Assembly (NCBI GenBank): GCA_965226795.1
Contig: CBDDDZ010000005.1
Span: 2,656,001-2,720,000, forward strand
Source of the DNA: Candidatus Latescibacterota bacterium
Lineage (GTDB): Bacteria > Latescibacterota > UBA2968 > GCA-2709665
DNA length: 64,000 nucleotides
Direction of reading: 5' to 3'
Shown: piece by piece, positions 43,023-53,001 of the stretch
Layout of the letters: every line of letters starts with the position of its first letter
Numbering within the stretch: position 1 is the stretch's first letter
Made by a program: the position numbers and the translations under genes
Notes under the pieces: generated by a model
What the model was told of the DNA's origin: nothing
What the model saw: the letters and a program-made list of their open reading frames with translations, nothing else
Database searches by the model: none

Positions 43023-44753
43023 ATGCCCAACTCGGGTCTGACCGAGCCACGTTACGAAACGATGGTAGAACGCAATATCCCTATAAGGATGCGTGACGGC
43101 ACCGTGCTTCGCGCCGACGTCTACCGTCCGGCACCCGAAGGTAAATATCCCGTCATCGTTGAACGGGTCGCCTACGAACTGGTCGGCCGGTGTACGTCCA
43201 ACGGTCAGTTCTTCGCCAGCAGGGGGTACGTATTCGTGGGCCAGAACGTGCGCGGCACCTTTGCCTCCGAAGGCGATTGGCGGCCTTTCCGTGATGACGG
43301 CTGCGGCACCAATCGCGATGGTTACGATACCATCGAATGGGCCGGCAAACAGCCCTGGTCCAACGGCAACGTGGGCATGGCCGACGGTTCCTATTCCGGT
43401 TTCTCGCAGTACATGGTTGCCCCGACCCGGCCCCCGCACCTGAAGGCGCTTTTCGTTCGGGAGGGCGGCGGTGATTTTTACAGCGGCTTCTGGTACCGGT
43501 ACGGCGCCTATTCGATGCCCTTTCAGAAATGGGCGATGCAGACCCTACTCGCCCAACTGGAACACGAGAGCGCCCCACCGCGTCTGGAGGCCGCGACCGC
43601 GCGTCTGGCAGCCGCGCTCGATGAATACGAGGACTGGGTGCGCCACCTGCCGCTCAAATCCTTCCCACCCCTGGAAGGCCTGCTCGATTGGTACTTTGAA
43701 GACCTGAACCACCCCGAAGACGGCCCCTACTGGTGGTCCACCAACATTTCCTCCAGGTACGGCGACATCGACACCCCGATGCTTCACTTCGGCGCATGGT
43801 TCGACGTCTTCCTTGACGGGACGCTGGAATGCTTCCGGGGAATTCGGCAACGCGGGCGCACCAGGGACTGCCGGGAGGGCCAACGCCTGTTGATCGGTCC
43901 ATGGATCCACGGACCGGGCAACGCGGCCAAACAGGTGGTTGGCGAACTCGACTTCGGCCCGCAGGCGGCATTCGATATGAACGTCCACCGCCTGCGGTGG
44001 TACGATTACTGGCTAAACGGAATGGACAACGGTATAATGGACGGCCCGCCGGTGCGTATCTTCCTGATGGGCGCAAACCGATGGTTGGACCTGGAAGACT
44101 GGCCCCCTCCCGGCATTACCTACAGGACGGCGTATTTTCGGGAAGGATCCGGAAGAGATCCGGACTCGTTGAACAACGGTGGTTTGACCTTCGGCCCGCC
44201 CCATACGGCCGAACATGCGGATAGTTTCGCATACGACCCGGACGATCCCATGCCCGGTCTGCGCTTTTATCCCACACTCGGCCCCGTGGACCATCGGCAT
44301 CTGGAAGGACGGATGCTTACGTATACCTCCGCCGATCTGAAACAGGACCTGACTGTTATCGGCCCCGTAAAGGCCATCCTTCACTGCCTGTCTTCAGCCC
44401 CCGATACGGACTGGGTGGTCAGACTATGCGACGTCTGGCCGGACGGCCGTTCCATGCCCGTCTGCGACGGCATCCTGAGGGCGCGATTCCGAAACTCCCT
44501 GCAGCGCGCCGAACTGATGACGCCGGGCAGGATCTACAGGTTTGAAATAGACATGTCGGCCACCGCCCAGGTGTTCCTGGCAGGTCACCGCCTGCGTATC
44601 GAAGTCACCAGCAGCGATTTCCCCCGGTACGACCGGAATCTGAATACGGGAGGTCCATTTGGAGAAGAAGCCGTCGGAAAGACTGCCGTCAATACCGTCT
44701 TCCACGACGCCGACCGGCCGTCATATGTCGTCCTACCCGTAATGGAAGACTGA
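43023..44753 (+). CDS. CocE/NonD family serine hydrolase
   Basis: MRDGTVLRADVYRP, DGYDTIEW...QPWSNGNVGM..GSYSG, WFDVF, IGPWIH, GHRLRIEVTSSDFP.YDRN.NTG. RBS AAGGAG. Confidence 0.93.
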   Translation: MPNSGLTEPRYETMVERNIPIRMRDGTVLRADVYRPAPEGKYPVIVERVAYELVGRCTSNGQFFASRGYVFVGQNVRGTFASEGDWRPFRDDGCGTNRDGYDTIEWAGKQPWSNGNVGMADGSYSGFSQYMVAPTRPPHLKALFVREGGGDFYSGFWYRYGAYSMPFQKWAMQTLLAQLEHESAPPRLEAATARLAAALDEYEDWVRHLPLKSFPPLEGLLDWYFEDLNHPEDGPYWWSTNISSRYGDIDTPMLHFGAWFDVFLDGTLECFRGIRQRGRTRDCREGQRLLIGPWIHGPGNAAKQVVGELDFGPQAAFDMNVHRLRWYDYWLNGMDNGIMDGPPVRIFLMGANRWLDLEDWPPPGITYRTAYFREGSGRDPDSLNNGGLTFGPPHTAEHADSFAYDPDDPMPGLRFYPTLGPVDHRHLEGRMLTYTSADLKQDLTVIGPVKAILHCLSSAPDTDWVVRLCDVWPDGRSMPVCDGILRARFRNSLQRAELMTPGRIYRFEIDMSATAQVFLAGHRLRIEVTSSDFPRYDRNLNTGGPFGEEAVGKTAVNTVFHDADRPSYVVLPVMED

Positions 44754-44858
44754 GAGGCCGTTTCAGAATCCGAGCCATATGACCGCGGGAATCGCCGGCG
44801 CAACTACCGGCAGGAATTCGCCCTGTTCGGGTACGCTGCATGCATTCGAAACAGCCTC
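44754..44858. mobile_element. Possible MITE (non-autonomous element with terminal inverted repeats)
   Basis: Left end GAGGCCGTTTCAGAAT; right end ATTCGAAACAGCCTC (reverse complement GAGGCTGTTTCGAAT); lies between convergent genes. Confidence 0.45.
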
Positions 44859-44909
44859 CGAGCAGGGCCTGCGCATCCGACCTCCCGTTCCGCGCGAATC
44901 TCCCGCGGC

Positions 44910-46373
44910 TCATTCTTCCGGAAATACGTTACAACCCGGAGGCGCCCTCCAGAAATCCGCCAGATCGTGTTCCACGGCGCCGGCCCACTCCCGCAAAACG
45001 CGCCTCCCCTCCGTCCGGCGTTGCAGTCGCGGCCCAATCGTTCCCTCATCCCAGCCATCCCGGACCCGCTCCAGGAGCGCCGCCTTCACCGCCGCGCAAC
45101 CCGGGTCCCGTGCCCGGTCATCGATTTCAAAGGGGTCTTCATCCAGATTGAACAACTGCGGTTCATCGAAACCGCGGTAATAATTCAGTTTCCAAGGGCC
45201 CCGACGGATCATCCGACCCGGGGGCTCGTCGGCGCCGCTGTAATTCTCCGAGAAAATCTCATTCGACCCGTCCGCACCCTGTCCATCGCCTTCCAGAAAA
45301 CGTCTCAGGCTCCGGCCGGCGACCTCCGGCAAGGGATCTCCGCCTGCCAGGTCGATTAACGTAGGCCCCACATCCAGCAGGCTTGTCACCGCATCCACAC
45401 GCCGCCCTTCTCCGAATCGCCCCGGAAACGACGCAATCATGGGCACGCCGGCGGACCCGTCGTAGAAGCTGCTCTTCCACCACATCCCGTGTTCGCCGGC
45501 CATCTCCCCGTGATCCGAGAGATATATCACCACGGTGTTTTCCCCGAACGACGTTGACGCCAATGTCTCCACCAACTGACCGATGAGACCATCCATAAAC
45601 GTGACAAGTCCGTAGTAGGCCGCGCGCGCGCGGCGCACGGCGTCTTCGCTCAACCCGTTTACCCCGCGCTTCTCGCGCCAAAGCCGAATCGCCGGATGCA
45701 GCCGATCCAGGTACCCCTCCGGTACCGTAGGAATTTCCACCCGATGGTAATATTCTTCGTATAAGTCTCTGGGACAGATGAAGGGGCAATGCGGCAGCAC
45801 ATAGCCCGCTAAAAGGCAAAAGGGTCGCTCAGCGCCAGACCGGTCACGGCTCGCGAGAAACTCACAACACGCCTCCGTCACCGCCACGTCGTAAGCCTGG
45901 TAGGACGTACGCCCCGGTCCGGAAATTTCGACCGACCGACGGGATTGGCCGGTCGTCCCCGTTGGAATATGCCCCAGATCGGGACCCGGACCGCCCGGAA
46001 ACGGTCCCGACACGTCTCCCATGATGCGCTGTTCGAAGCCGTGCCGCTGGTCCGCCCCTACAAAGTGCATCCTGCCGCCCAACACCGTCTCATATCCCGC
46101 CAACCCGAGACCGTGTGCGAAAGTGGGAATATCCGACCTCAGTAAACAGGCATTGGACCACACCTCGATGTCGGAGGAATGCCGACCCGTAAGAAAAGTC
46201 ATGCGCGAAGGCACGCAGAGCGGCGATCCACAATAGGTATTCTCGAACAGCACACCGCGTTCCGCCAGGGCGTCGAGGTGCGGCGTACGGACAATTCGAT
46301 CCCCGGCGCAACCCATATAACTCCGGTTGTGCTGGTCCGACATAATCACCAGAAAATTGGGCTGGTCAGGCAA
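44910..46373 (-). CDS. Cys-type sulfatase, choline-sulfatase-like
   Basis: PNFLVIMSDQH, PLCVPSR, GRMHFVGADQRHGF, SDHGEMAGEHGMWWK, LFNLDEDPFE. TTG start. Confidence 0.9.
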   Translation of the reverse strand: MPDQPNFLVIMSDQHNRSYMGCAGDRIVRTPHLDALAERGVLFENTYCGSPLCVPSRMTFLTGRHSSDIEVWSNACLLRSDIPTFAHGLGLAGYETVLGGRMHFVGADQRHGFEQRIMGDVSGPFPGGPGPDLGHIPTGTTGQSRRSVEISGPGRTSYQAYDVAVTEACCEFLASRDRSGAERPFCLLAGYVLPHCPFICPRDLYEEYYHRVEIPTVPEGYLDRLHPAIRLWREKRGVNGLSEDAVRRARAAYYGLVTFMDGLIGQLVETLASTSFGENTVVIYLSDHGEMAGEHGMWWKSSFYDGSAGVPMIASFPGRFGEGRRVDAVTSLLDVGPTLIDLAGGDPLPEVAGRSLRRFLEGDGQGADGSNEIFSENYSGADEPPGRMIRRGPWKLNYYRGFDEPQLFNLDEDPFEIDDRARDPGCAAVKAALLERVRDGWDEGTIGPRLQRRTEGRRVLREWAGAVEHDLADFWRAPPGCNVFPEE

Positions 46374-46436
46374 GGCAGGCCCTTTCGCCTCCCGGTCCTC
46401 CGATCGGGACCGGTCTATTTACGACGTACCACTTTG

Positions 46437-47675
46437 TCATGGAGTGCCCGTACTCGAGAGCGTCACGAGCCGGATACGATGGTTGAACGTATCCGCAATA
46501 TAGAGGAACCCGTTTGCCTCATCAAACGCGACTCCCGCCGGCCGGTTCAAGGCGGCCGACGTGGCGGGTCCGCCGTCGCCGCTGAACCCCGGCTGACCGT
46601 TTCCCGCCACCGTCGCAATCGACCCTGAAGCCAGATCGACTACCCGGATGCGATGGTTCATTTCATCTGCGATGTACAACCGCCCGTCCGGGCCGAACTG
46701 GAGATCACGCGGGTTGTTCAACATCGCGTGTATGGCAGGACCGCCGTCACCACTGAATCCCGCGGCTCCCGTACCCGCCACGGTGTCGATCCGATCCCTG
46801 TCGAAATCCACGCGTCGAATCCTCTGATTGAGCGTATCGGAAATATAAAGCTTGGCATCCGGCCCCAGGGCCAATCCACCCGCCGGCGGGGGGTTGTTCC
46901 CTGTCGGCAAGTTCAATTGCGCCATATGGGGAGGACCGCCCTCGCCACTGAATCCGGCCGTGCCCGTTCCCACCACCGTGGTAATGACGCCATTGGGATC
47001 GATCTTTCGCACCCTCAGATTCTGCTGATCCAGGACATAAAGTGAATTGTCCGGCCCGAGCGCAGTCTGCATAGGCCGGTTCAGAAGCGCGTCTTCCGCC
47101 GGACCGCCGTCGCCTGCAAATCCCGGTGTGTCCCCCATGAATACCCTGACTCTGCTGCTTACAGGATCGAAGAGCCTCAGCTTGTGGTTCCGCCACGTTG
47201 TCAGTAGAAGCGTACCGCCCGAAAGCTGGACAAGATGGGCAGGATGGCTGAGATTGACTGACTTCCCCGGCGCGCCCGGAGGGATCCGTTCGGACTGGCC
47301 AACTGACCCGTCGCCCAAAAACCCGCTTCCGACCGCCGTCTCCAGCGTGCTATCGCCTATGGCTGCCCGGCGCACGCGATGGTTGTTCCAATCCAGGACA
47401 TAAACCCGGCCCTCGGGCGTAACCATCACATCCACCGGCCAGTAGAACGTGGACAGCAACAGCACGTTGCCGTCTCCGTCCCAACCCGCATCGCCGGTTC
47501 CCGCCCAGGTGCAGATCGTCCCGGGCGTGTCCGAACAGAGCGACGGCGGCGCAATGGGTTCGTCGTCGTCCGATTCGATCGGGTTGTCGTCACCACACGC
47601 CGCCAGAAAACAGGCCAGCAAGCCAACAACAAACCGGAAACCGGCCCGCCGAAAATTAATCGCATCAGGTCGCAT
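46437..47675 (-). CDS. NHL-repeat (teneurin-like beta-propeller) lipoprotein
   Basis: Lipobox LAAC; repeated T.AG.G..GFSGDGGPA..A.LN.P......G.LYIAD..NHRIR units. Confidence 0.9.
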   Translation of the reverse strand: MRPDAINFRRAGFRFVVGLLACFLAACGDDNPIESDDDEPIAPPSLCSDTPGTICTWAGTGDAGWDGDGNVLLLSTFYWPVDVMVTPEGRVYVLDWNNHRVRRAAIGDSTLETAVGSGFLGDGSVGQSERIPPGAPGKSVNLSHPAHLVQLSGGTLLLTTWRNHKLRLFDPVSSRVRVFMGDTPGFAGDGGPAEDALLNRPMQTALGPDNSLYVLDQQNLRVRKIDPNGVITTVVGTGTAGFSGEGGPPHMAQLNLPTGNNPPPAGGLALGPDAKLYISDTLNQRIRRVDFDRDRIDTVAGTGAAGFSGDGGPAIHAMLNNPRDLQFGPDGRLYIADEMNHRIRVVDLASGSIATVAGNGQPGFSGDGGPATSAALNRPAGVAFDEANGFLYIADTFNHRIRLVTLSSTGTP

Positions 47676-47783
47676 CTGCGCTTCCCCTCACACCTTGTCC
47701 CCTGTTACCGGCCTATTCAAGCCGGATGCCTCCTCTCGTCACAAACGTAACGAACAGCAAGCTGCGGCCGGACACCGCAACCG

Positions 47784-48923
47784 TCAGAAGTCACTTGCAC
47801 ACCGAAATCCGACCTTGTCGTCCGTCAAAAAAGGCGCGTCGAACCACCGGGTGGTTGTATCGGCCAGGTCCCGAAATCTCCACGAGCCGCCCCGCAACAC
47901 CCGGTTCAATCCGGTTTCCGGACCTTTGGGATTTTCTCTCGGCGAATCCTCGTAATAGATCGGGCTGAACCAGTCCTTACACCACTCCCAGGCATTCCCG
48001 GACATATCGTGCGTTCCATAGGGGCTAACGCCCTTCGGATAGCTGCCGACGTCCACAGTACGACCCACAAGATCGCCTATATTCGCATGTTCAGGCGTGG
48101 GTGTCGCGGTTCCCCAGGGGTAGGGCCGCCCGTCTGTGCCACGGGCGGCCTTTTCCCACTCGGCTTCGGTGGGCAGGCGCAAGCCGCGCCATTCGCAGTA
48201 GGCCCTGGCGCCAAACCAGGTCACATTCGTCACCGCCCGGTTGGCGAGATAAAATGCCTTCAGTACATACTCATCTTTGATGGTACGCCCCAGGTCTTCG
48301 CTGCCCTCATCATCGTCCCCTTCGAGCCCGGCCAGTACGTCTATTGAAATCCGGATATCGGCCTCACTGAAACCCAGATTGTAGAGCACATTGTCTTCCG
48401 CGTCCAGGTTCCGATTCGCCGCATTCTGATATGCGATATCCTCGTCCGTTTGCCAAGGCGCCGTACGACCCACCGTTTTGGTGCCCCGGTTCCTGTCGTT
48501 CAGGAAAGCGATAAACTGGACGTTGTCCACCTCGTACTTATCGATCCGGAACGCGTCGACATAGACCACATGCTCCGGCCCGTCGGGCACCAGCCCTCTG
48601 TTGGTGCCCATTATGAAATCTCCGGCCGGAACGTCAATGAGTTCATGCTTGAGTATCGGCGCCACCGGCCCGTCGACCACTTTCTGTCCGAAGAAAGATG
48701 CGAAAATCTCAAAGTCGGGTTCGTCGACCGTGCGGCTGCCGTCCAGATCGTATATCGCGTCTTCGGTCTGATAAGCCCTGGCAAAAAGGACAAAATCGGT
48801 CAGATCGATGATTCCATTGCCGTCAAAGTCCACGTCCTCAATGGTGACCCTGCCGGCCCACGCAAGCATCGGACTCAGCGCGAGGATAACGTACAGGGCA
48901 AAACCCAAAAGCACCTGCGCCAT
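47784..48923 (-). CDS. Secreted FGE-sulfatase (SUMF1/EgtB/PvdO) domain protein with N-terminal dockerin-like EF-hand pair
   Basis: Signal peptide; DFDGNGIIDLTDF and DLDGSRTVDEPDF; VPAGDFIMG, RLPTEAEWEKAARG, DMSGNAWEW, RVLRGGSW, GFRCA. Confidence 0.88.
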   Translation of the reverse strand: MAQVLLGFALYVILALSPMLAWAGRVTIEDVDFDGNGIIDLTDFVLFARAYQTEDAIYDLDGSRTVDEPDFEIFASFFGQKVVDGPVAPILKHELIDVPAGDFIMGTNRGLVPDGPEHVVYVDAFRIDKYEVDNVQFIAFLNDRNRGTKTVGRTAPWQTDEDIAYQNAANRNLDAEDNVLYNLGFSEADIRISIDVLAGLEGDDDEGSEDLGRTIKDEYVLKAFYLANRAVTNVTWFGARAYCEWRGLRLPTEAEWEKAARGTDGRPYPWGTATPTPEHANIGDLVGRTVDVGSYPKGVSPYGTHDMSGNAWEWCKDWFSPIYYEDSPRENPKGPETGLNRVLRGGSWRFRDLADTTTRWFDAPFLTDDKVGFRCASDF

Positions 48924-49172
48924 GTGCGAATTCTCCTTCACCGGCGTTTTTTTCCGTACAATAGACGACCTCCGTGGGGTCTTGTTTTGACGTCAGTCGA
49001 CAGTGCGCAATCTTGTCGCGTCGATCCGCGAACCACGCCATCCCTTCGTTTAGATCGAGAGTATTTCGCCCGCCTTATCCGGCTCGGATTGCCGAAAGTC
49101 GTACATCGGGCGATCCTGGTGAATCTACGAGCGGCAACCATCAGCGCTTTACAGACGGGTTGTCGAATCGGC

Positions 49173-52100
49173 TCATTTTGACACCACAAACGTGGTCTCC
49201 TTCAAAAAGGACTTTCCGCTGTTCAAATCCGTTACCTCCACCGTCAGGTAGTGTCGTCCCGATCGCGCCTCTCCCAGTTCCAGTTCCGTATACGCCACTT
49301 CCGAATTCTGGAAGCCAAGTTGCTCATACCCGACGGCAACCTCCCTCTTGTTCGACCGTCCCCTGAGCGTTTGCGCCAACCTCGAAAGCACGCCACCTGA
49401 CTTCGGTCCCATCGTGTACTCCACCCTGTACTGGGTCTGTCCGAAATCGTCCTTTTTCAGGTTGTAGATCTCGTAATACACAAACACGTTCTGACCCGTC
49501 CCATAGGTTCGAGAGGGCATCGGTACCACGTTCAACCCGTGTTTTCCGAACTTGCCAGGATTGGCGGCGGCCTCGCCTACGTTAAAGGCCAACTCCAGGT
49601 CGCTTACACGAAGACCGTCTTTATGGTAAGACTCCACGACCACCTGCTGACGGTAGATTCCCAATCGTCCCGTCATGCGGTCACGCGCCTTCACCTCCAG
49701 CCTGTAGACGCCCGGAGGCACTTCCAGCCTGACCACGTCCGGCAGGACCACGTCCGGGCCCGTACGATTGCCTGGCCGTTTGTAAAACATCTCGGCCGTC
49801 TTCCGGTAGACCTTGCCCGAATGGGACGAGAGCAGCGCCAGATGCCGCCGGACCGCTACCTGTGTGACGTTGTGTCCGGGCAGGTAGTTTGTCACCACGC
49901 ACGGAATCCCGTAGTAGATCTCCAGCAGGCTCGTTCCATCAGATCCTTTGAAGTCGGCCAACGTGTAGTGAAAATCGAAGGGGGTCTGGCGGTATTCCGG
50001 CGCGTAGAAGTCCGGGGCTAGAGCAACCGCCTGATGGAAGACCCTTTCGGGTGAAAAACGACGAAACCGCGTTATCTGCTCGACGTTCAAGTCAGGTGCA
50101 TTCGGAACCGGCGCAAAATCAAAAACCCTGGAGTTGAACTCGTCGGTAAACGAAATTTCGATGCCCCCGTCGATGTTCAGATAGACCCAGGACTCCCAAG
50201 GCGTGGACCCCAGATCCGCCCCGGCGGCAAGTACCGGATTGAAACCCGAACCCGCGAAAATGTCCGTGCTGATGCGGGACGGCGCGAAGCCAGAAACCAG
50301 GCTTGCCTGTTCACTCTGTCCGATATCTCCTCCCGCGCCGATCGTTCTTCCAGCGCTTGGACCTTCCGGATTGTTTCGATCCGTGGAGGAACCGCCATCC
50401 CGGCTTCCTTCCGTTGTTGTCATCTGCCTCAGATTCGAATCGGATCCGTCAGGGTCTCCCCCGGTAAACGCGTCGCGCTCACCCTCAATTCCGAAATCCG
50501 ATTCAGTGCTCTCAAAACCCAGAATATCCCGCTGCAGCGAAAAGTTGCGAACGGGGAACACAGGCCCCATAAAGGAGGCACCGATCGCCTGCGTTCCGTA
50601 GAGCTGGGTCGCGAGCCGCTCCTTTACGCGCAACACGGAAAGATCCTGCCTCGCATTAAAGTTGTGCGAACTGGTCACGTGGTCGGGCTCTCCAAACCGT
50701 ATGTACACCTCTCCGCGCCGGTCCCACGGATCCTTGCCTTCGGAGAACTGCATCTGGGCATACCAGACTCGACGGTAGTGTTCCAGCAGCCGTTCGTTTA
50801 CCGGCGTGCCAATATCCGGATCGCGTACGTTCCAGAACCGTTCCAGAAACGTCTTCCGTACCGCGCTCGACGTCTGTTCGTATTCGGCCATTTCCTCGGG
50901 CGACGCAATCAGTCCAATGTCAAAATAGAGCGACTGCTGCTCCTGCTCCAGACGGGAGATGTAGGTTGAGAAAAACCCCATCGCCATATCGTACTTGTCG
51001 CGCTTCACACAGGCCTGAGCCACGATCGGCATCAGCTCGATTGCATCCGGATAATCCCGTGTAAACGACTGAATCTTGTCCAAAATCCGATCGTAATCCT
51101 TCACCTTCAGATACGCGTGCCCCAGCCGCCTGCCCACTTTCTGATCGGCCGGCCGCATCGCGAGGTACCGGGTGTACCAGACAATGGCTTCCTCGTAGTC
51201 CTCCATGAAATTGGCATACCAATCGCCCATCAATAAATAGGCATCCGCGTACTCCGGATCCGTCTTCAGCACCCGGTCCAACTCCGGCTTTACGTCGTGC
51301 TCGTTCAGCATGTATCGCACGAGGGCAATTTTATACCGGGCATCCACGAAATCCCGATCCCGGATAAGCGCCTTCCTGAAATAGGTAATCGCCTGGTAGC
51401 GTTCGTTGTGGAGTTCCATCAACACGAGGCCCAGACCGTAATAAGGCTCGGGGTCCTTCCCTGTCAGCGCGGCCGCCTTCTTGAATGCCCATCTTGCGCC
51501 CCTGTAGTATTTATCCTCCAAAAACGCATACCCCAGCTTCAGGTGTGCGTCTTTATCTCCAGAACGTTGATGCGCGACCACGCGGAGCGGAAATATCGCC
51601 CCCTTCACGTCTTTGCTCTCCAGCCGGGCCACGCCCATGCCGAAAAGAGAATCTATCTGGGCGGTGGACATGTCCCGCGACCGCACGTCGTAGCCGCCGG
51701 GTCCACCCATCAGTTGCTGCAACCGGCCCCGATGCCAATAGCAACTCAACACGGGATCCCCGGGGAGTACATTTGGATGAAAATAGTACCCTATTTCGGG
51801 CATATGCGGCTCGTCCGTTGCCGGACAGTGGAAAAGGCGTCGAAGCAGCCCCATCTCCTGCTCTCTCGCAGTCCCTTCCTCCTGCCGCTGTGCCAACTCG
51901 TCCGATGCCCATGTCAGAAGTGCGCCCAGGTTCAGGGGTATACCGTGGTCGCGCACGGAGTTGAATTCTGAAATCAAGTCTCCCAGGACGAGCAGGCGTT
52001 CCACACATACAGCTTCCTCCAGGACCTCGTCGTTGATGATACGGGTTCGTATCGCGTCTACATATCCCTGGCAGCTTCCCCGGGACAGACCCACTGCGGT

Positions 52101-52922
52101 ATACTTTTTACGTATATCCTTAAAGCCGCCGACGGATTCCCTGTAGGCATCCCGAGCGCTGCGGTACTCACCCCTGTGCATGGCGTGATGGCCCCGTACC
52201 CACCAGTTCAGCGCCTGGTGAACCTTCAGCATAGCCGCATCGATCTCCGTCTCCCCAACAGGTACCGGCTGCCTCCCGTTACGTCTCGCGAGCGGAACCG
52301 GCCAGGCGGGCACTTCAGTGCCGTCCATTCCCACACAATGCAACTTGCCGTCCAGAAAACCGGCCACGGCATCCGCATTTGCCGACCACCTCAGAGGGCC
52401 TTGCACGTGTCCGCCCACAAGCAACGTGGCGCGTCCTCGTACATCAACGATCCACAAACCCTGGTGATCCGTTACAGCCAGACGGCCGTCGTCCGGCGCG
52501 ACCGACATATCGACGGGATCCATCCCATCCGGCAACGGCCACAGAGACTCCCCCGAGCCATCGATTCGCCAGATCCGGTTGCGGACCAGCGGCAGTCGAC
52601 GCTGATTGGTTGTATCGGCCGTTAACCTGCTCAGCGGCGTGGTGCCATATGCGACATGATCGAGTCCACGTTCCAGATAGACGAGGCCGTTCCCGGGCAG
52701 AAAACCCACATCTCCGGGCGGACCCAGATAGATACCCACCATCGTGGGCATGGTCCCATCGGAGCGGCCGTGCCATACCTGTGTCAACAGGACCTTTGGC
52801 TTGCCGCCCGGTACCAGCCAGACTGCCCGCTGCCCATCCGGCGAGTAGACCGCGGCCGGGGCGCCGTACGTCCTGGCTGCAAGGCCCAGCAGGGCTACGA
52901 TTAAGGCGCAATTTCTTAACAA
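49173..52922 (-). CDS. Large secreted TPR + GWxTD-domain protein
   Basis: TTG start with RBS GGAGG; signal peptide; propeller-like N-terminus; TPR array; FWNVRDPD..TPVNERLLEHYRRV...PWDRRGEVYIRFGEPD; C-terminal Ig-like region SDLELA...VYYEIYNL. Confidence 0.85.
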   Translation of the reverse strand: MLRNCALIVALLGLAARTYGAPAAVYSPDGQRAVWLVPGGKPKVLLTQVWHGRSDGTMPTMVGIYLGPPGDVGFLPGNGLVYLERGLDHVAYGTTPLSRLTADTTNQRRLPLVRNRIWRIDGSGESLWPLPDGMDPVDMSVAPDDGRLAVTDHQGLWIVDVRGRATLLVGGHVQGPLRWSANADAVAGFLDGKLHCVGMDGTEVPAWPVPLARRNGRQPVPVGETEIDAAMLKVHQALNWWVRGHHAMHRGEYRSARDAYRESVGGFKDIRKKYTAVGLSRGSCQGYVDAIRTRIINDEVLEEAVCVERLLVLGDLISEFNSVRDHGIPLNLGALLTWASDELAQRQEEGTAREQEMGLLRRLFHCPATDEPHMPEIGYYFHPNVLPGDPVLSCYWHRGRLQQLMGGPGGYDVRSRDMSTAQIDSLFGMGVARLESKDVKGAIFPLRVVAHQRSGDKDAHLKLGYAFLEDKYYRGARWAFKKAAALTGKDPEPYYGLGLVLMELHNERYQAITYFRKALIRDRDFVDARYKIALVRYMLNEHDVKPELDRVLKTDPEYADAYLLMGDWYANFMEDYEEAIVWYTRYLAMRPADQKVGRRLGHAYLKVKDYDRILDKIQSFTRDYPDAIELMPIVAQACVKRDKYDMAMGFFSTYISRLEQEQQSLYFDIGLIASPEEMAEYEQTSSAVRKTFLERFWNVRDPDIGTPVNERLLEHYRRVWYAQMQFSEGKDPWDRRGEVYIRFGEPDHVTSSHNFNARQDLSVLRVKERLATQLYGTQAIGASFMGPVFPVRNFSLQRDILGFESTESDFGIEGERDAFTGGDPDGSDSNLRQMTTTEGSRDGGSSTDRNNPEGPSAGRTIGAGGDIGQSEQASLVSGFAPSRISTDIFAGSGFNPVLAAGADLGSTPWESWVYLNIDGGIEISFTDEFNSRVFDFAPVPNAPDLNVEQITRFRRFSPERVFHQAVALAPDFYAPEYRQTPFDFHYTLADFKGSDGTSLLEIYYGIPCVVTNYLPGHNVTQVAVRRHLALLSSHSGKVYRKTAEMFYKRPGNRTGPDVVLPDVVRLEVPPGVYRLEVKARDRMTGRLGIYRQQVVVESYHKDGLRVSDLELAFNVGEAAANPGKFGKHGLNVVPMPSRTYGTGQNVFVYYEIYNLKKDDFGQTQYRVEYTMGPKSGGVLSRLAQTLRGRSNKREVAVGYEQLGFQNSEVAYTELELGEARSGRHYLTVEVTDLNSGKSFLKETTFVVSK

Positions 52923-53001
52923 ACCGTCCTCCAGACCTTACAGATGCCCGGACAACACATCATGAGGAGTGGCGAAAATGAAGTCTTATAAGATAAGAAA
53001 G

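Noticed and set aside
44910..46373. Calling this gene betC
   Set aside because: Family resemblance only; no bet transport or regulatory genes nearby.
46540..47130. Regularly spaced near-identical repeats (CCGCCGTCRCCRCTGAA...) resembling a CRISPR array
   Set aside because: They encode the GFSGDGGPA motif of the NHL repeats, vary at synonymous positions, lie within a CDS, and no cas genes are present.
47784..48923. FGE/C-type-lectin-fold gene as a diversity-generating retroelement target
   Set aside because: No template repeat matching its 3' end and no reverse transcriptase in the window.
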